From Atribacterota bacterium (GTDB lineage: Bacteria; Atribacterota; Phoenicimicrobiia; Phoenicimicrobiales; Stramentimicrobiaceae): DNA of 64,000 bases. The translations under genes were made by a program, and so were the position numbers. The first letter of the stretch is position 1; the number at the start of each line of letters is the position of its first letter. This document shows, one piece after another, positions 9,729-19,804 of this stretch. The notes beneath the pieces are model-generated. The model was not told the origin of the DNA. It saw only the letters and a list, made by a program, of their open reading frames with translations, and made no database searches. The stretch is taken from NCBI GenBank assembly GCA_040767965.1, contig JAXGNR010000007.1:96001-160000 (forward strand), in the 5' to 3' direction.

Positions 9729-10883
9729 TTATATTTTTTTCAACATACCATAAATTTGCTCTGCCCTGGCAGGACAACCGTTAATATTTTCTACTGCATA
9801 GTCCTGCACAATTTTGCATCCACATTGTCCTATACCCACAATGGGAATCCCTTGATTTTTCGCATTTAGCAATTTTTCATTTTCACCTGCCAATAGTTGT
9901 CCCATGGCAATCACGCATTCAGGTGAATATCCTTCACTGGAAAGACGGCGCATAGCAGCTACCATTGCCCCTTTGCAGGAACTGCAAGTACCCTTTTCAA
10001 TAATCTGCATATTGGGTAAATTATATTTGGGTATCCTTGAATTGGATGCATCAATTACCATTTTCTTAATATTTCCTTCAATTGGATTAAGAATTTCAAT
10101 CTCTTCCATATCCGAAGGACCTATTCCTGTTTTACTGGCTATTTCAATATGTTTTACCTCTTTAATGCTATAGCCCAATAGAGAAGCGGAAACCATGTCA
10201 GCGGCTAAAACATTTTCCCCGATTATGATGGTGTCTAGCTGTAGAGGATTTCCTCCAAGCTCCCATTGTAAAGAGCAAATGGTAGCATCAACTATGGTTA
10301 AATCAGGAATAATTAATGTATTTAAATCAACTATACACTGATGTAAATTTAAACGATGAAAGCGATGTTTTTCCTGATCATGAATACATCCTTTAAGGTT
10401 TTTCATCCCAATCGTTACAGTGGTTTCACCGTGAATTTTTAAAATAGGGACATTTATAAAATAATCATACTCAAATATTGGCTGGTATATTTTTACATTT
10501 TTTATCTCTTTGCCCATAGGAATATTCTTATTTACAGTAGGTGTTTTTTTAAAATCAATAATTTTTACTCCATATTTTTGCGCTATTTTATCCATTCCGG
10601 TAACCTGGAAAGCTATCATGGTATTATCACCTGCAGTTGAACTTTCTCCAAGGGCAATTTCAGAGGGGTTAGTTTTTAACACCTGTTTTATTATTTCTTC
10701 AATGACCTGGGGATTAGTTGTTGCACCCGTATCGTTTGTTTTAGCAATCACTAAATTAGGTTTTATTAAAACTTTTTTATTTGGCGGAATAAGATACTTA
10801 ATCCCGCCTAAGTCATCTAATGCAGTTTGAATCATTTCACTTACAGTTTTGTCATGCTGGATAGACACCTTATAGGACTTCAT
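9729..10883 (-). CDS. DUF362 domain protein with Cys-rich C-terminal extension
   Basis: VLIKPNLV, TTNP, INVPILKIH, GMKNLKG; C-terminal CSSC...GQC...GCP. Confidence 0.8.
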   Translation of the reverse strand: MKSYKVSIQHDKTVSEMIQTALDDLGGIKYLIPPNKKVLIKPNLVIAKTNDTGATTNPQVIEEIIKQVLKTNPSEIALGESSTAGDNTMIAFQVTGMDKIAQKYGVKIIDFKKTPTVNKNIPMGKEIKNVKIYQPIFEYDYFINVPILKIHGETTVTIGMKNLKGCIHDQEKHRFHRLNLHQCIVDLNTLIIPDLTIVDATICSLQWELGGNPLQLDTIIIGENVLAADMVSASLLGYSIKEVKHIEIASKTGIGPSDMEEIEILNPIEGNIKKMVIDASNSRIPKYNLPNMQIIEKGTCSSCKGAMVAAMRRLSSEGYSPECVIAMGQLLAGENEKLLNAKNQGIPIVGIGQCGCKIVQDYAVENINGCPARAEQIYGMLKKI

Positions 10884-10940
10884 ATCTAAAATATCTCCTG
10901 TCTCTTTTTTTAAAAAGTATTTTTTAGTATTAATTCATTC

Positions 10941-11675
10941 TTATTTAACCAAAAACTGAGCGTGAACAGTTACTTTAATTTCTTTCTTTCTAGATGATGT
11001 ATTATACATGCCATAGCTTTGCACCTCTGTAGAATATGGTTCAATAATTTGGAAGACTCCAGCCTGAGACCAGATCATTTTTCCGGGCTCATGGCCACTT
11101 TCCTGTAATATCTTTCCTGCTCTTTCCCGAGCATTCTGAGTTGCAAAGGCGAGCAGGTCTTTTTTTAAATTATCTATTTCTGAATAAAAATATTCTAAAG
11201 ATGAAATCTGGAAAAAAATCTCCTGATCTAAAAGCTCATCAGGGTTAAGAGCCATGTTTTCTATTTCTTCTATCTTTGATGAGATGATAAAAAGTGATTG
11301 GTTTAAAGAATAACCAACCACCTCGCCATTTCTATCCCATCTCTTCTGAATGTTAATCGGGTTGATATTTATATCATCTTCTGAAACCCCATTATCTTTT
11401 AAAATATAGATTAAACGATCTCTTTTTTCTTGTATATTACGATAACCTTCTCGTATATTAATCAAATCAGTATTTTCTTCAAAGGTAATATTCCATTTAA
11501 CAATATCAGACTCAAATCCTCTGGTTGCCGCCCCCACAACTTGCACATAATCACGGGTAGCCCTAGACTGATAAAAAAAGTATCCAAAGATAAAAGAGGC
11601 AACTATTATTGAGAGGCCTAAAAGCAAAAAAGGTATTTTAAAATCCCTGTTTGCCAATTCTTCTTTACTGTTCAT
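10941..11675 (-). CDS. SIMPL (DUF541) domain membrane-anchored protein
   Basis: N-terminal TM, VQVVGAA, ATQNARERA, GVFQI, C-terminal KVTVHAQF. Confidence 0.8.
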   Translation of the reverse strand: MNSKEELANRDFKIPFLLLGLSIIVASFIFGYFFYQSRATRDYVQVVGAATRGFESDIVKWNITFEENTDLINIREGYRNIQEKRDRLIYILKDNGVSEDDININPINIQKRWDRNGEVVGYSLNQSLFIISSKIEEIENMALNPDELLDQEIFFQISSLEYFYSEIDNLKKDLLAFATQNARERAGKILQESGHEPGKMIWSQAGVFQIIEPYSTEVQSYGMYNTSSRKKEIKVTVHAQFLVK

Positions 11676-12241
11676 TATCTTTCTCTCCTTTCGCTGTCTT
11701 TCTTTATGCAGTACTGGAATTTATTTTTAAATTTATCAATTTTAGGCAATACTACAAACTGGCAATAATTATTTGCAGGGTTATTCTGGAAATAATTCAT
11801 ATGATATTCTTCAGCTGGATAGAATTGACCAGAAGGGACAATCTCTGTTACAACAGGCCGGGTCCAGATATTAGAATTTTGTAAATCCTGCTTTGATTTT
11901 TCTGCAATTCTTCTTTGTTCTTCGTTATGATAAAAAATAACTGAACGGTATTGAGAACCTATATCATGCCCCTGTCGATCCAGGGTTGTAGGGTTATGAA
12001 TCTCCCAGAATATTTTTAATATTTCAGCATAAGAAATACTATCAGGATCAAAGGTAATCTGGACTACCTCAGCATGTCCGGTAGTACCCGAACAAACTTG
12101 TTCATAAGTGGGATTATTTAATTTACCTCCCATATAACCTGGGACTACTTCATTCACTCCAATAACTTTTTTATAAATGGCTTCTAAACACCAAAAACAT
12201 CCTCCTGCCAATGTTGCGGTTTCTTTTTTCAGTGTATTCAT
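11675..12241 (-). CDS. msrA: Peptide-methionine (S)-S-oxide reductase
   Basis: AGGCFWCLE active site, PTYEQVC, GSQYRS, AEEYH. Confidence 0.95.
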   Translation of the reverse strand: MNTLKKETATLAGGCFWCLEAIYKKVIGVNEVVPGYMGGKLNNPTYEQVCSGTTGHAEVVQITFDPDSISYAEILKIFWEIHNPTTLDRQGHDIGSQYRSVIFYHNEEQRRIAEKSKQDLQNSNIWTRPVVTEIVPSGQFYPAEEYHMNYFQNNPANNYCQFVVLPKIDKFKNKFQYCIKKDSERRER

Positions 12242-12326
12242 AAAACCTCCTTTGTTGAAAAAATAATCGGGGTTAAATTTTAATTTTAGAATTATTTATC
12301 GATTTTGCCTGCTAAAAATCAGCAGA

Positions 12327-13157
12327 TTATTTTTCTAATTTTGATTTACAATTACACGCCAATAAGTGTTCAATAAAGACAGCCAGGCCATCTTTACTAT
12401 TACTTTCAGTAATAAAGTTAGCAATATTTTTTACCTTTTGAGGGGCATTCCCCATAGCAACACCCAGTCCAGCCAACTGCAGCATTTCTAGATCATTTTC
12501 ATAATCCCCAACTGCAATAATATTCTTTAAAGAAATATTCATAATATCAGCTAATTCAATTAAAGCAGTGCCTTTAGAGATATTCGGAGCAGCAATTTCT
12601 AAAAGGTTAGGATGGCTAAATTGTATGGAAACAGATTCTTTAAAGTATTCTTTTACCATATCTCTTAAAATCAAGACATCTTCATTATTACCCAAAAACG
12701 CAAACTGATAAATTTCTTTTTCTAAATTCTTCAAGATATCTTCAACACAAAACACTTTTGGATTGCCTGGAGAATATTTAACATATTGATGATGCCAAAA
12801 AGTTATTTCTTCAACAAGTAATGAATCTTTCAGGTATAATTGAAAAGTTGTCTTTTTTTTATGGGCAAAATTAATCAATTCCCTTATAATTTCATGTGAT
12901 AAGGGAATTCCTCTGATAACTTTACCATCTGGAGACTGAATGATTGCGCCATGTAACAATATCATAGGTTGAAATATCTTCAGGATATCAGCATAATAAC
13001 GAGCATCAGGGAAAAGCCGACCTGTTGCAAAGGTCGGTTCAATCCCGTGTTCTTTTACTTTTTTTATTGAATTAGTAGTATTGATAGAAATTTTACTATC
13101 ATTGTCCAACAATGTGCCATCAATATCAAGAACGATTAATTTAAACTTCTTCACCAT
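12327..13157 (-). CDS. Cof-type HAD-IIB family hydrolase
   Basis: DIDGTLL, ATGR, SKG, GDYENDLEM, AMGNA. Confidence 0.92.
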   Translation of the reverse strand: MVKKFKLIVLDIDGTLLDNDSKISINTTNSIKKVKEHGIEPTFATGRLFPDARYYADILKIFQPMILLHGAIIQSPDGKVIRGIPLSHEIIRELINFAHKKKTTFQLYLKDSLLVEEITFWHHQYVKYSPGNPKVFCVEDILKNLEKEIYQFAFLGNNEDVLILRDMVKEYFKESVSIQFSHPNLLEIAAPNISKGTALIELADIMNISLKNIIAVGDYENDLEMLQLAGLGVAMGNAPQKVKNIANFITESNSKDGLAVFIEHLLACNCKSKLEK

Positions 13158-13170
13158 TTTGTCTCAATTT

Positions 13171-13428
13171 TTACCCTCCGCCTATGGGCGGATACAACTT
13201 AACAGTATCCCCGTCATTGAGCTTTTGATCCAGTTCTTGAAAAGGAACCAGTTTATCATTCAAAAGTAAAGTATTGGTAGCATTTACAGCTTGTTTGTGT
13301 TCAATATGTTTTGTTAAGAATTCTCTTATGGTTGCTGGTTCATTTACCTCTATAACAACTCCGTTTTTATCATCATAGTTCTTAACATTATTTTTCAGAT
13401 TGGAGTATATTAATAATTTTACTTTCAT
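13171..13428 (-). CDS. MoaD/ThiS family ubiquitin-like sulfur carrier
   Basis: 85 aa; ends LNDGDTVKLYPPIGGG (di-Gly terminus). Confidence 0.85.
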   Translation of the reverse strand: MKVKLLIYSNLKNNVKNYDDKNGVVIEVNEPATIREFLTKHIEHKQAVNATNTLLLNDKLVPFQELDQKLNDGDTVKLYPPIGGG

Positions 13429-13486
13429 AAAATAATTCTCCCATACAGTTTTATTTTATTAGATTATACATCAGTAATTCTTTATA

Positions 13487-15040
13487 TTAAGAAAAAACAT
13501 CAGTTATTTCGTTTAATTTTTTATAAATTCCACCTTTGTTTAAATGATAATATATTGCATTGTGCAGCTCAAATAATTCCTGATACTTTTTTGTATTATT
13601 AATATTTGGCTTTTTTCTACTTTCCTGATCGATTTTCACCATTTTCTTTACAGCAAAATTTAAATCAGGGTAAGTATTTACTGCTACCGAAGCTAAAATT
13701 GCTGCGCCTAATGATGAGGCCTCATTACAGATAGTTTTGACAACTTCTTTTCCGTAAATATCTGCTTGTATTTGATTGAATATATTAGAATTAGAAGCAC
13801 CACCACTTATTCTAACTTCGTTAATCTCAGCAGTATTTTTTTCAATTAACAGAATATTTTTTTGTACCTCAAAAGAAATTCCTTCTAAAATAGCTCTGGC
13901 AACTGAAGCCTTGGAATGGCTCAGGGTAAGACCAAACAAAACTCCTCTTGCTTCAGGATTCCAATACGGTGCTGCAGAAGCAGCAAAATGAGGTATTAAC
14001 AGTAAACCATTGGCACCTGGGGGTTCTTTTTCAGCTTCCAAATCTAAAATTTGATAGGCATCCTGGCCGGTTTGTTGCTCAATTTTTAATTCCTCTTTAC
14101 CGAAATTATTCCTGAACCATCGATATATGCCACCAGTGGTAAAAATACCTGCCTCTAAAACCCAGCTTCCTGGAATAGCCGAAGCACTGCAAAGTATTCT
14201 TTTCTTTTTATCTTTTACAAACCTGCTGCTATTGGCAAGAACAAAAGAACCTGATCCGGTATTTACCTCAATCAGGCCTTCTTCTACCACACCTAATCCT
14301 ACTGCAGCACACTGCTGATCTCCTCCGGCTACAATTACCGGTATGCCTTCAATAAGTCCAAAATGTTTTTTTGCCAGTTTATTAGTTTTTCCAACAATAG
14401 TACCAGGTTTTAAAGCCGGGGGTATTTTATGATAATCAATATCAAATTTCTCAATAATAGTTTCATCCCATGAAAAATTTTCAATATTGAAAAACATTGT
14501 TCTGGATGCTTGAGTCCAATCTGTGGCAAATTTCCCGGTCAAATGATAGATAATAAAATCCTGGACCATTAAAAAGCAATATGTTTTTTGGTATATTTCT
14601 GGTTTATTCTTTTTTAGCCAAATTAGTTTTGGCAAAGTAAAATAAGGATCAACCCTGAGTCCGGTCCTGTCGTATATATCATCCTGCCCAAACTTCTCTA
14701 TTATTTCATTACTTTCTGTTATAGCTCTTTTGTCCTGCCATAGAATGGCATTTTCCAGGGCTTGACCATTTTTATCTACAGAAATAAAGGTAGCCCGTTG
14801 GCTGGTTATAGAGATAGCTGCAAGCTGTTCTTGGGGATATTCCCCGGTAGAAATGATTTCCATGACTGTTTTTTGAGCAGCCTGTAGCCAGGTGGAAGGG
14901 TCATGATCAATCCATCTGGCGGAAAGATAGATGCTTTGATATTCCCGGTATGTCTTTTTTAATAATTGACCCTCTTTATTAAAAAGAATAGCCTTGCACC
15001 CGGTTGTTCCAATATCTATGCTTAAAAATATTTTTTCCAT
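13487..15040 (-). CDS. FGGY family carbohydrate kinase (xylulokinase-like)
   Basis: IDIGTTGCK, WQDKR, GGDQQ, SGGAS and SSLGAA motifs. Confidence 0.9.
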   Translation of the reverse strand: MEKIFLSIDIGTTGCKAILFNKEGQLLKKTYREYQSIYLSARWIDHDPSTWLQAAQKTVMEIISTGEYPQEQLAAISITSQRATFISVDKNGQALENAILWQDKRAITESNEIIEKFGQDDIYDRTGLRVDPYFTLPKLIWLKKNKPEIYQKTYCFLMVQDFIIYHLTGKFATDWTQASRTMFFNIENFSWDETIIEKFDIDYHKIPPALKPGTIVGKTNKLAKKHFGLIEGIPVIVAGGDQQCAAVGLGVVEEGLIEVNTGSGSFVLANSSRFVKDKKKRILCSASAIPGSWVLEAGIFTTGGIYRWFRNNFGKEELKIEQQTGQDAYQILDLEAEKEPPGANGLLLIPHFAASAAPYWNPEARGVLFGLTLSHSKASVARAILEGISFEVQKNILLIEKNTAEINEVRISGGASNSNIFNQIQADIYGKEVVKTICNEASSLGAAILASVAVNTYPDLNFAVKKMVKIDQESRKKPNINNTKKYQELFELHNAIYYHLNKGGIYKKLNEITDVFS

Positions 15041-15148
15041 TTTTATTTTAACCAGAATTTTTATTCCATTAATAGTAAGATTTATTGAATAATTATTTTT
15101 TATTTATATTATTTTAGTATTTAGAGGAGTATTATTATTTATTTTGGT

Positions 15149-16240
15149 TTAAATTACTCCTTCTCTAATTTCTTCCAGCCATTTTAAGGTATCTGTGTTT
15201 TTCAACACTTCCAGGTTGACAATAAATTGAGGATTATTATCATTAAGCAATTTATTAATATCCTCAATTAAAAGATGAGGAGATTTTGTTAAAGCTTCCC
15301 GGGTAGTTCCTGCAATATGGGGAGTTAGTGTAACATTATCGAGAGTGAGCCAACGGCTATTATCTCCAATAGGCTCTTGCCAAAAAACATCAAGAGCAGC
15401 ACCGGCAATTTTTTTATTTTTTAAAGCTTCAAACAAACTGTTTTCATCAATTAATCCAGCCCTGGCAGTATTGATAATGTAGGCAGAATCTTTCATTAAA
15501 GATAGTTCCTTTGTGCCAATCAAATTTTCAGTTTCTCTGCTTAATCTGGCATGTAAAGAAATAAAATCAGATTCTTTCATTAAAGCAGGCAAATCCACTT
15601 GCTTGGCATTATATTTTTTAATAATTTCTTCTGATACAAAAGGATCGTATGTAAGAATGTTCACCTGGAAACCTGTTAATTTTCGAGCTACCAGCTGCCC
15701 TATGTAACCAAAACCGATTAAACCAATTGTTTTCCCTTGTAATTCGGGTATCATTTCAGAGTTAACATATTTTTTTTGCCAGATACCGTCTTTCATTGCC
15801 TTAAAACCACGAGCTATATTTCTAGCTTCAGAAAGCATTAAACCTACAGCAAAATCGGAAACAGCATGAGCATTTCTTCCTTTAATATTATGGACAATTA
15901 TACCTTTTCGGGTAGCAAAATCAACATTGATATTTTCTAAACCTGCCCTACAGGCACCGATTAATTTAAGGTTTGGCAATTCTCTTATAGCATTTTCAGA
16001 CACTGGACAAAACAAAACCAGCAACATCTCTGTATCTTTATTGGCTTTCAATATTTGGGGTACAACTGCTTCTGCTGCAGGCCCTTCTTTTTCAATAATA
16101 AGACGACGGTCCTGGAGTTTGGTCCAGTCAGTTTCCCAATCGTCAACATTAATATTGTTATTCTTAATATTTAAATCTTGTGCAGCTTTAGCAATATCTT
16201 TACCTGGTATCATTACATCACCGATACATAGAATCTCCAT
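15149..16240 (-). CDS. D-isomer-specific 2-hydroxyacid dehydrogenase (SerA/YoaD-like)
   Basis: GLIGFGYIG, INTARA, ALDVF-EP, TPHIAG. Confidence 0.88.
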   Translation of the reverse strand: MEILCIGDVMIPGKDIAKAAQDLNIKNNNINVDDWETDWTKLQDRRLIIEKEGPAAEAVVPQILKANKDTEMLLVLFCPVSENAIRELPNLKLIGACRAGLENINVDFATRKGIIVHNIKGRNAHAVSDFAVGLMLSEARNIARGFKAMKDGIWQKKYVNSEMIPELQGKTIGLIGFGYIGQLVARKLTGFQVNILTYDPFVSEEIIKKYNAKQVDLPALMKESDFISLHARLSRETENLIGTKELSLMKDSAYIINTARAGLIDENSLFEALKNKKIAGAALDVFWQEPIGDNSRWLTLDNVTLTPHIAGTTREALTKSPHLLIEDINKLLNDNNPQFIVNLEVLKNTDTLKWLEEIREGVI

Positions 16241-16295
16241 ATAAAACCTCTTTTATTCTAATAATTATTTTTATAATAATTTATTTAAATAGATA

Positions 16296-18320
16296 TTACT
16301 TTTTACTTATTAATTCTTTTGCCTTGGCAGCTATATTCTCTGCAGTCAGATTAAATACTTTTAATAATTCCCATGGGGCCCCAGATAACCCAAACTCATC
16401 ATTAACTCCTATCATGTCAAACAAGAAAGATGTTTTGTATTCTTTTTCAGTAGCAATCACTCCGGCAACAATGTTTCCAAATCCACCTTTTTGATGTTCT
16501 TCCACAGTTAGCAAAACACTGACTTCCAGAACAGATTTCTTAATCGCATCCCTATCTATTGGTTTTACTGTATGTATATTAATAACTCTGGTTTCTAATC
16601 CATATTCTGTTTTCAGGATATAAGCAGCCCTCATCGCTTCTGGAACCATAGGGCCACAGGCAATAATTGCAATATCTTCATTCTCTGAAATATATTCTGT
16701 ACTAAGAGATGTTTCAAAAGCATCTACAAAATTATCTTTTTCACCTCTAAATCGAATAATATTTGCTATGCCATATTTAAAAGGAGTATTTTCTCTGGAA
16801 ATAACAGGCGTAGCTTCTCTGGCGTATCGTATCACCACAGGACCATTTATTTTGGTACTTTGCTTTGTTGCTTTTTCAGTCTCCATAGAATCACTGGGTA
16901 CAAAAATATGCATATTAGGCAAATAATACATATTACTTATCTCTTCTAATGCTTGATGGGTTGCCCCGTCTGGTCCAACAGACAAACCACCATGGGCACT
17001 GGCAATTTTTACATTGTAATTGTTGTAGCATACGGTCGTTCTGATTTGATCCCAGTTTCTGCCAGTGACAAAAACTCCATATGACCCAATAAAAGCAGAT
17101 TTTCCTTCTTTGGCCATTCCAGCAGCTGCTAAGGTCATATTCTGTTCAGCTACTCCCATTTGGAAAAAACGATTTAATCTCTCCGGATGATTTTTAAAAA
17201 ATTGATCCATTTTTATAGAGCTGGTAATATCAGCACCAAAAGCAACAACTTTTTCAGATGATCCTAAATCTTCAAGGGCATTACCAAAACCGCTTCTAGT
17301 AGGAACCATTTTGACTTTCATTTTTTCTCCACTATTCCACCAATAATCTTTGCTGAACTTTGGAACTATTTCCTCTACTTTTTTATCTACTTCTGCCTGA
17401 TAATCGCAAGCCTTTTTATATAAACTATTAACTTTTATTTCATTAAATTCAGTAGATTTAATATCACTTAACGCTTTTTCCAGAGATTCATCACCCACCA
17501 GACCATCCTTTGGGCATATACCATGATATTCAACAACATTTTCAGCAAAAGATACATCTTTGCCTTTAACAGTGTGGGCAATAATAACTGTTGGCTTTCC
17601 CTGGATCTGGTTGGACTTACCCAGAGCATCCAGTATTTCCTGCATATCATGCCCGTCTATTTCCAAAACATGCCACCCAAAGGCTTTCCATTTTTCAGGT
17701 AAATTCTCTAATCGCATAATTTTTTCAGTTGGTCCATCAATTTGTAAGTTATTCCTGTCAACTATGGCAATTAGATTATCAAGATTATAATGAGCTGCTG
17801 ACATTATGGCTTCCCAAACTGATCCCTCGTTAAGCTCTCCGTCTCCTAAAATACAATAAGTTTTGTAGCTTTTATTTTCTAGTTTTGCATTCAAGGCACA
17901 GCCAACTGCAACTCCCAAACCCTGTCCCAAAGATCCGCTAGACAGTTCAACACCGGGAACTTTTAAACGGTTTGGATGGCCTTCAAATCCAGACCACAAT
18001 TTTCTCAATTTTACTATTTCTTCAGGTGGATAATATCCTGCTACCCCTAAAACAGAATAGATAGCAGGAGCTTTATGGCCAGCAGACCAGAAAACGCGAT
18101 CACGTTCTTCCCATTCCGGATTTTTTGGATCATGTTTAATGTGTTTTAAATATAAGGCAGCATTGACATCCATTATTGATAGACTTCCTCCGGTATGCCC
18201 GGAGCCAGCGGCTGTTATTGCTATCATACAGTAAGATCTTATTTCTTTTGCTTTTTCTGTTAGTTCAGATAAGGAATAATCTTTTTCAATTTTTCCTGTT
18301 TTTGAATTGATAATTGGCAT
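16296..18320 (-). CDS. Transketolase (N- and C-terminal modules of the split type fused in one chain)
   Basis: GSGHTGGSLS, GSLGQG, TPP motif GDGE...DRN, GVAEQN, DGATHQ, VEEH. Confidence 0.88.
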   Translation of the reverse strand: MPIINSKTGKIEKDYSLSELTEKAKEIRSYCMIAITAAGSGHTGGSLSIMDVNAALYLKHIKHDPKNPEWEERDRVFWSAGHKAPAIYSVLGVAGYYPPEEIVKLRKLWSGFEGHPNRLKVPGVELSSGSLGQGLGVAVGCALNAKLENKSYKTYCILGDGELNEGSVWEAIMSAAHYNLDNLIAIVDRNNLQIDGPTEKIMRLENLPEKWKAFGWHVLEIDGHDMQEILDALGKSNQIQGKPTVIIAHTVKGKDVSFAENVVEYHGICPKDGLVGDESLEKALSDIKSTEFNEIKVNSLYKKACDYQAEVDKKVEEIVPKFSKDYWWNSGEKMKVKMVPTRSGFGNALEDLGSSEKVVAFGADITSSIKMDQFFKNHPERLNRFFQMGVAEQNMTLAAAGMAKEGKSAFIGSYGVFVTGRNWDQIRTTVCYNNYNVKIASAHGGLSVGPDGATHQALEEISNMYYLPNMHIFVPSDSMETEKATKQSTKINGPVVIRYAREATPVISRENTPFKYGIANIIRFRGEKDNFVDAFETSLSTEYISENEDIAIIACGPMVPEAMRAAYILKTEYGLETRVINIHTVKPIDRDAIKKSVLEVSVLLTVEEHQKGGFGNIVAGVIATEKEYKTSFLFDMIGVNDEFGLSGAPWELLKVFNLTAENIAAKAKELISKK

Positions 18321-18674
18321 GATTTCTCCCTCATTTCTTTACAATTATTTATACTTACTATTTTTATTAAACTTTATCAGCTGTAAGATATAATCTTTTT
18401 CTCAATAATTTGTAATCTTTTCATGACACCAGTTTTTTATTGATACCAAACAGCTATTTTCATTATGTTAATTTAAATGAGCAGATTAAATTTATTATAT
18501 TTATTATAAACAGAATATTTTATACTTATTTTTTTGCAATAGTGTTATTTTAAATATCTTCAGGTATTATTTGCTCATTATAATAATAGCATAGCTTGAA
18601 CATTTTAAGCAATAAATATAATATTCTGTTTTATTTTAATATACTGTCTTTTAATTTAAATTTGATAAAATATT

Positions 18675-19694
18675 CTAAAATAGCTCTACTACATGTAAAA
18701 TTATTGGCAATACCAATAAAACTGAAAATGTGGTGATGATCCAGCAGGAATTAACCAGATCTACATTTAAATCATAAACATTTGCTGCAACTACAGAATT
18801 AAAAGCTACTGGCATAGCTGATAAGATCAAAGCCACTTTTAATGGTAAACCCTGGTTTAATGATTGGTAACCCAACAATACCACAATTGCAAGAGTTAAT
18901 GCTGGTACAATAAAAAATTTTATAATTGAAATATAGATTATTTCTTTTGTATATTTAAAAACCTGGCCTAATTTTAAAGTAAGACCTATAGAGAATAAAG
19001 AAATAAAAGTAGATAAAGGAATTAGTATTTCATTTACCTTTCCATAAACAGGGGGTCTTTTAAAAGGGCTTAGGTTTAATAATAAACCAATTAAAACAGT
19101 AGTTATCCCCATGTAAAAAAAAGGATCTTTTATTACTTCCAACAATCTTTTTTTAAGTTCTTTTTCTTGTGCAAATTCATCATTATACATATGCGCTACA
19201 GGATAACCGACACCATAATACATAAAATGCATAAATAACGAAAAAATTGGTACTAAGGCATAACCTGGTTCTCCCAGAAAGAAAAAACAAATTAAGGCTC
19301 CCAAATTTGCACGGTTAGAAAAATATCCACAGCTAAACATGGAACCGGTATCTTTATGGGTATAATTTAAATATTTTGAAAGAAATACAGCCAAAATCCC
19401 ACCTGTAACAGTAAAGAATATTCCTACAAAAGGCATTGTTATGGCTTTCATAATATTTTCTATGTTAAATATCCATAAACTGCCAATATAAGTTATCGAT
19501 ATAAGTCCGATCATGGAAATTTTCTGCAATGTGATGCTTATTTTTTTCCTTTTTTCATAAGTGAAGGCCTGATTTTTTGCTAAAATTTTTTGCAGGAAAT
19601 ATCCACTAAATGTACCGGCTACTAAAATAAAAAATGTTTTCATTAATCCAACTATCATAAATCTTAACCTCAAATTTTTTTTATTTTGAAACAC
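18675..19694 (-). CDS. AEC (auxin efflux carrier)-like membrane transporter; start uncertain
   Basis: About 10 TM segments, IIKFFIVP, SAMPVAFNS motif. Confidence 0.75.
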   Translation of the reverse strand: MFQNKKNLRLRFMIVGLMKTFFILVAGTFSGYFLQKILAKNQAFTYEKRKKISITLQKISMIGLISITYIGSLWIFNIENIMKAITMPFVGIFFTVTGGILAVFLSKYLNYTHKDTGSMFSCGYFSNRANLGALICFFFLGEPGYALVPIFSLFMHFMYYGVGYPVAHMYNDEFAQEKELKKRLLEVIKDPFFYMGITTVLIGLLLNLSPFKRPPVYGKVNEILIPLSTFISLFSIGLTLKLGQVFKYTKEIIYISIIKFFIVPALTLAIVVLLGYQSLNQGLPLKVALILSAMPVAFNSVVAANVYDLNVDLVNSCWIITTFSVLLVLPIILHVVELF

Positions 19695-19804
19695 AATTAT
19701 AACATTTTAACAACAAAAACCTAATAAAGTAAATAAGTATTTATGAAATTTGCATCATACTCTTATAATTGATAATATAATACACAACTATAGGAGGTTA
19801 TCAA

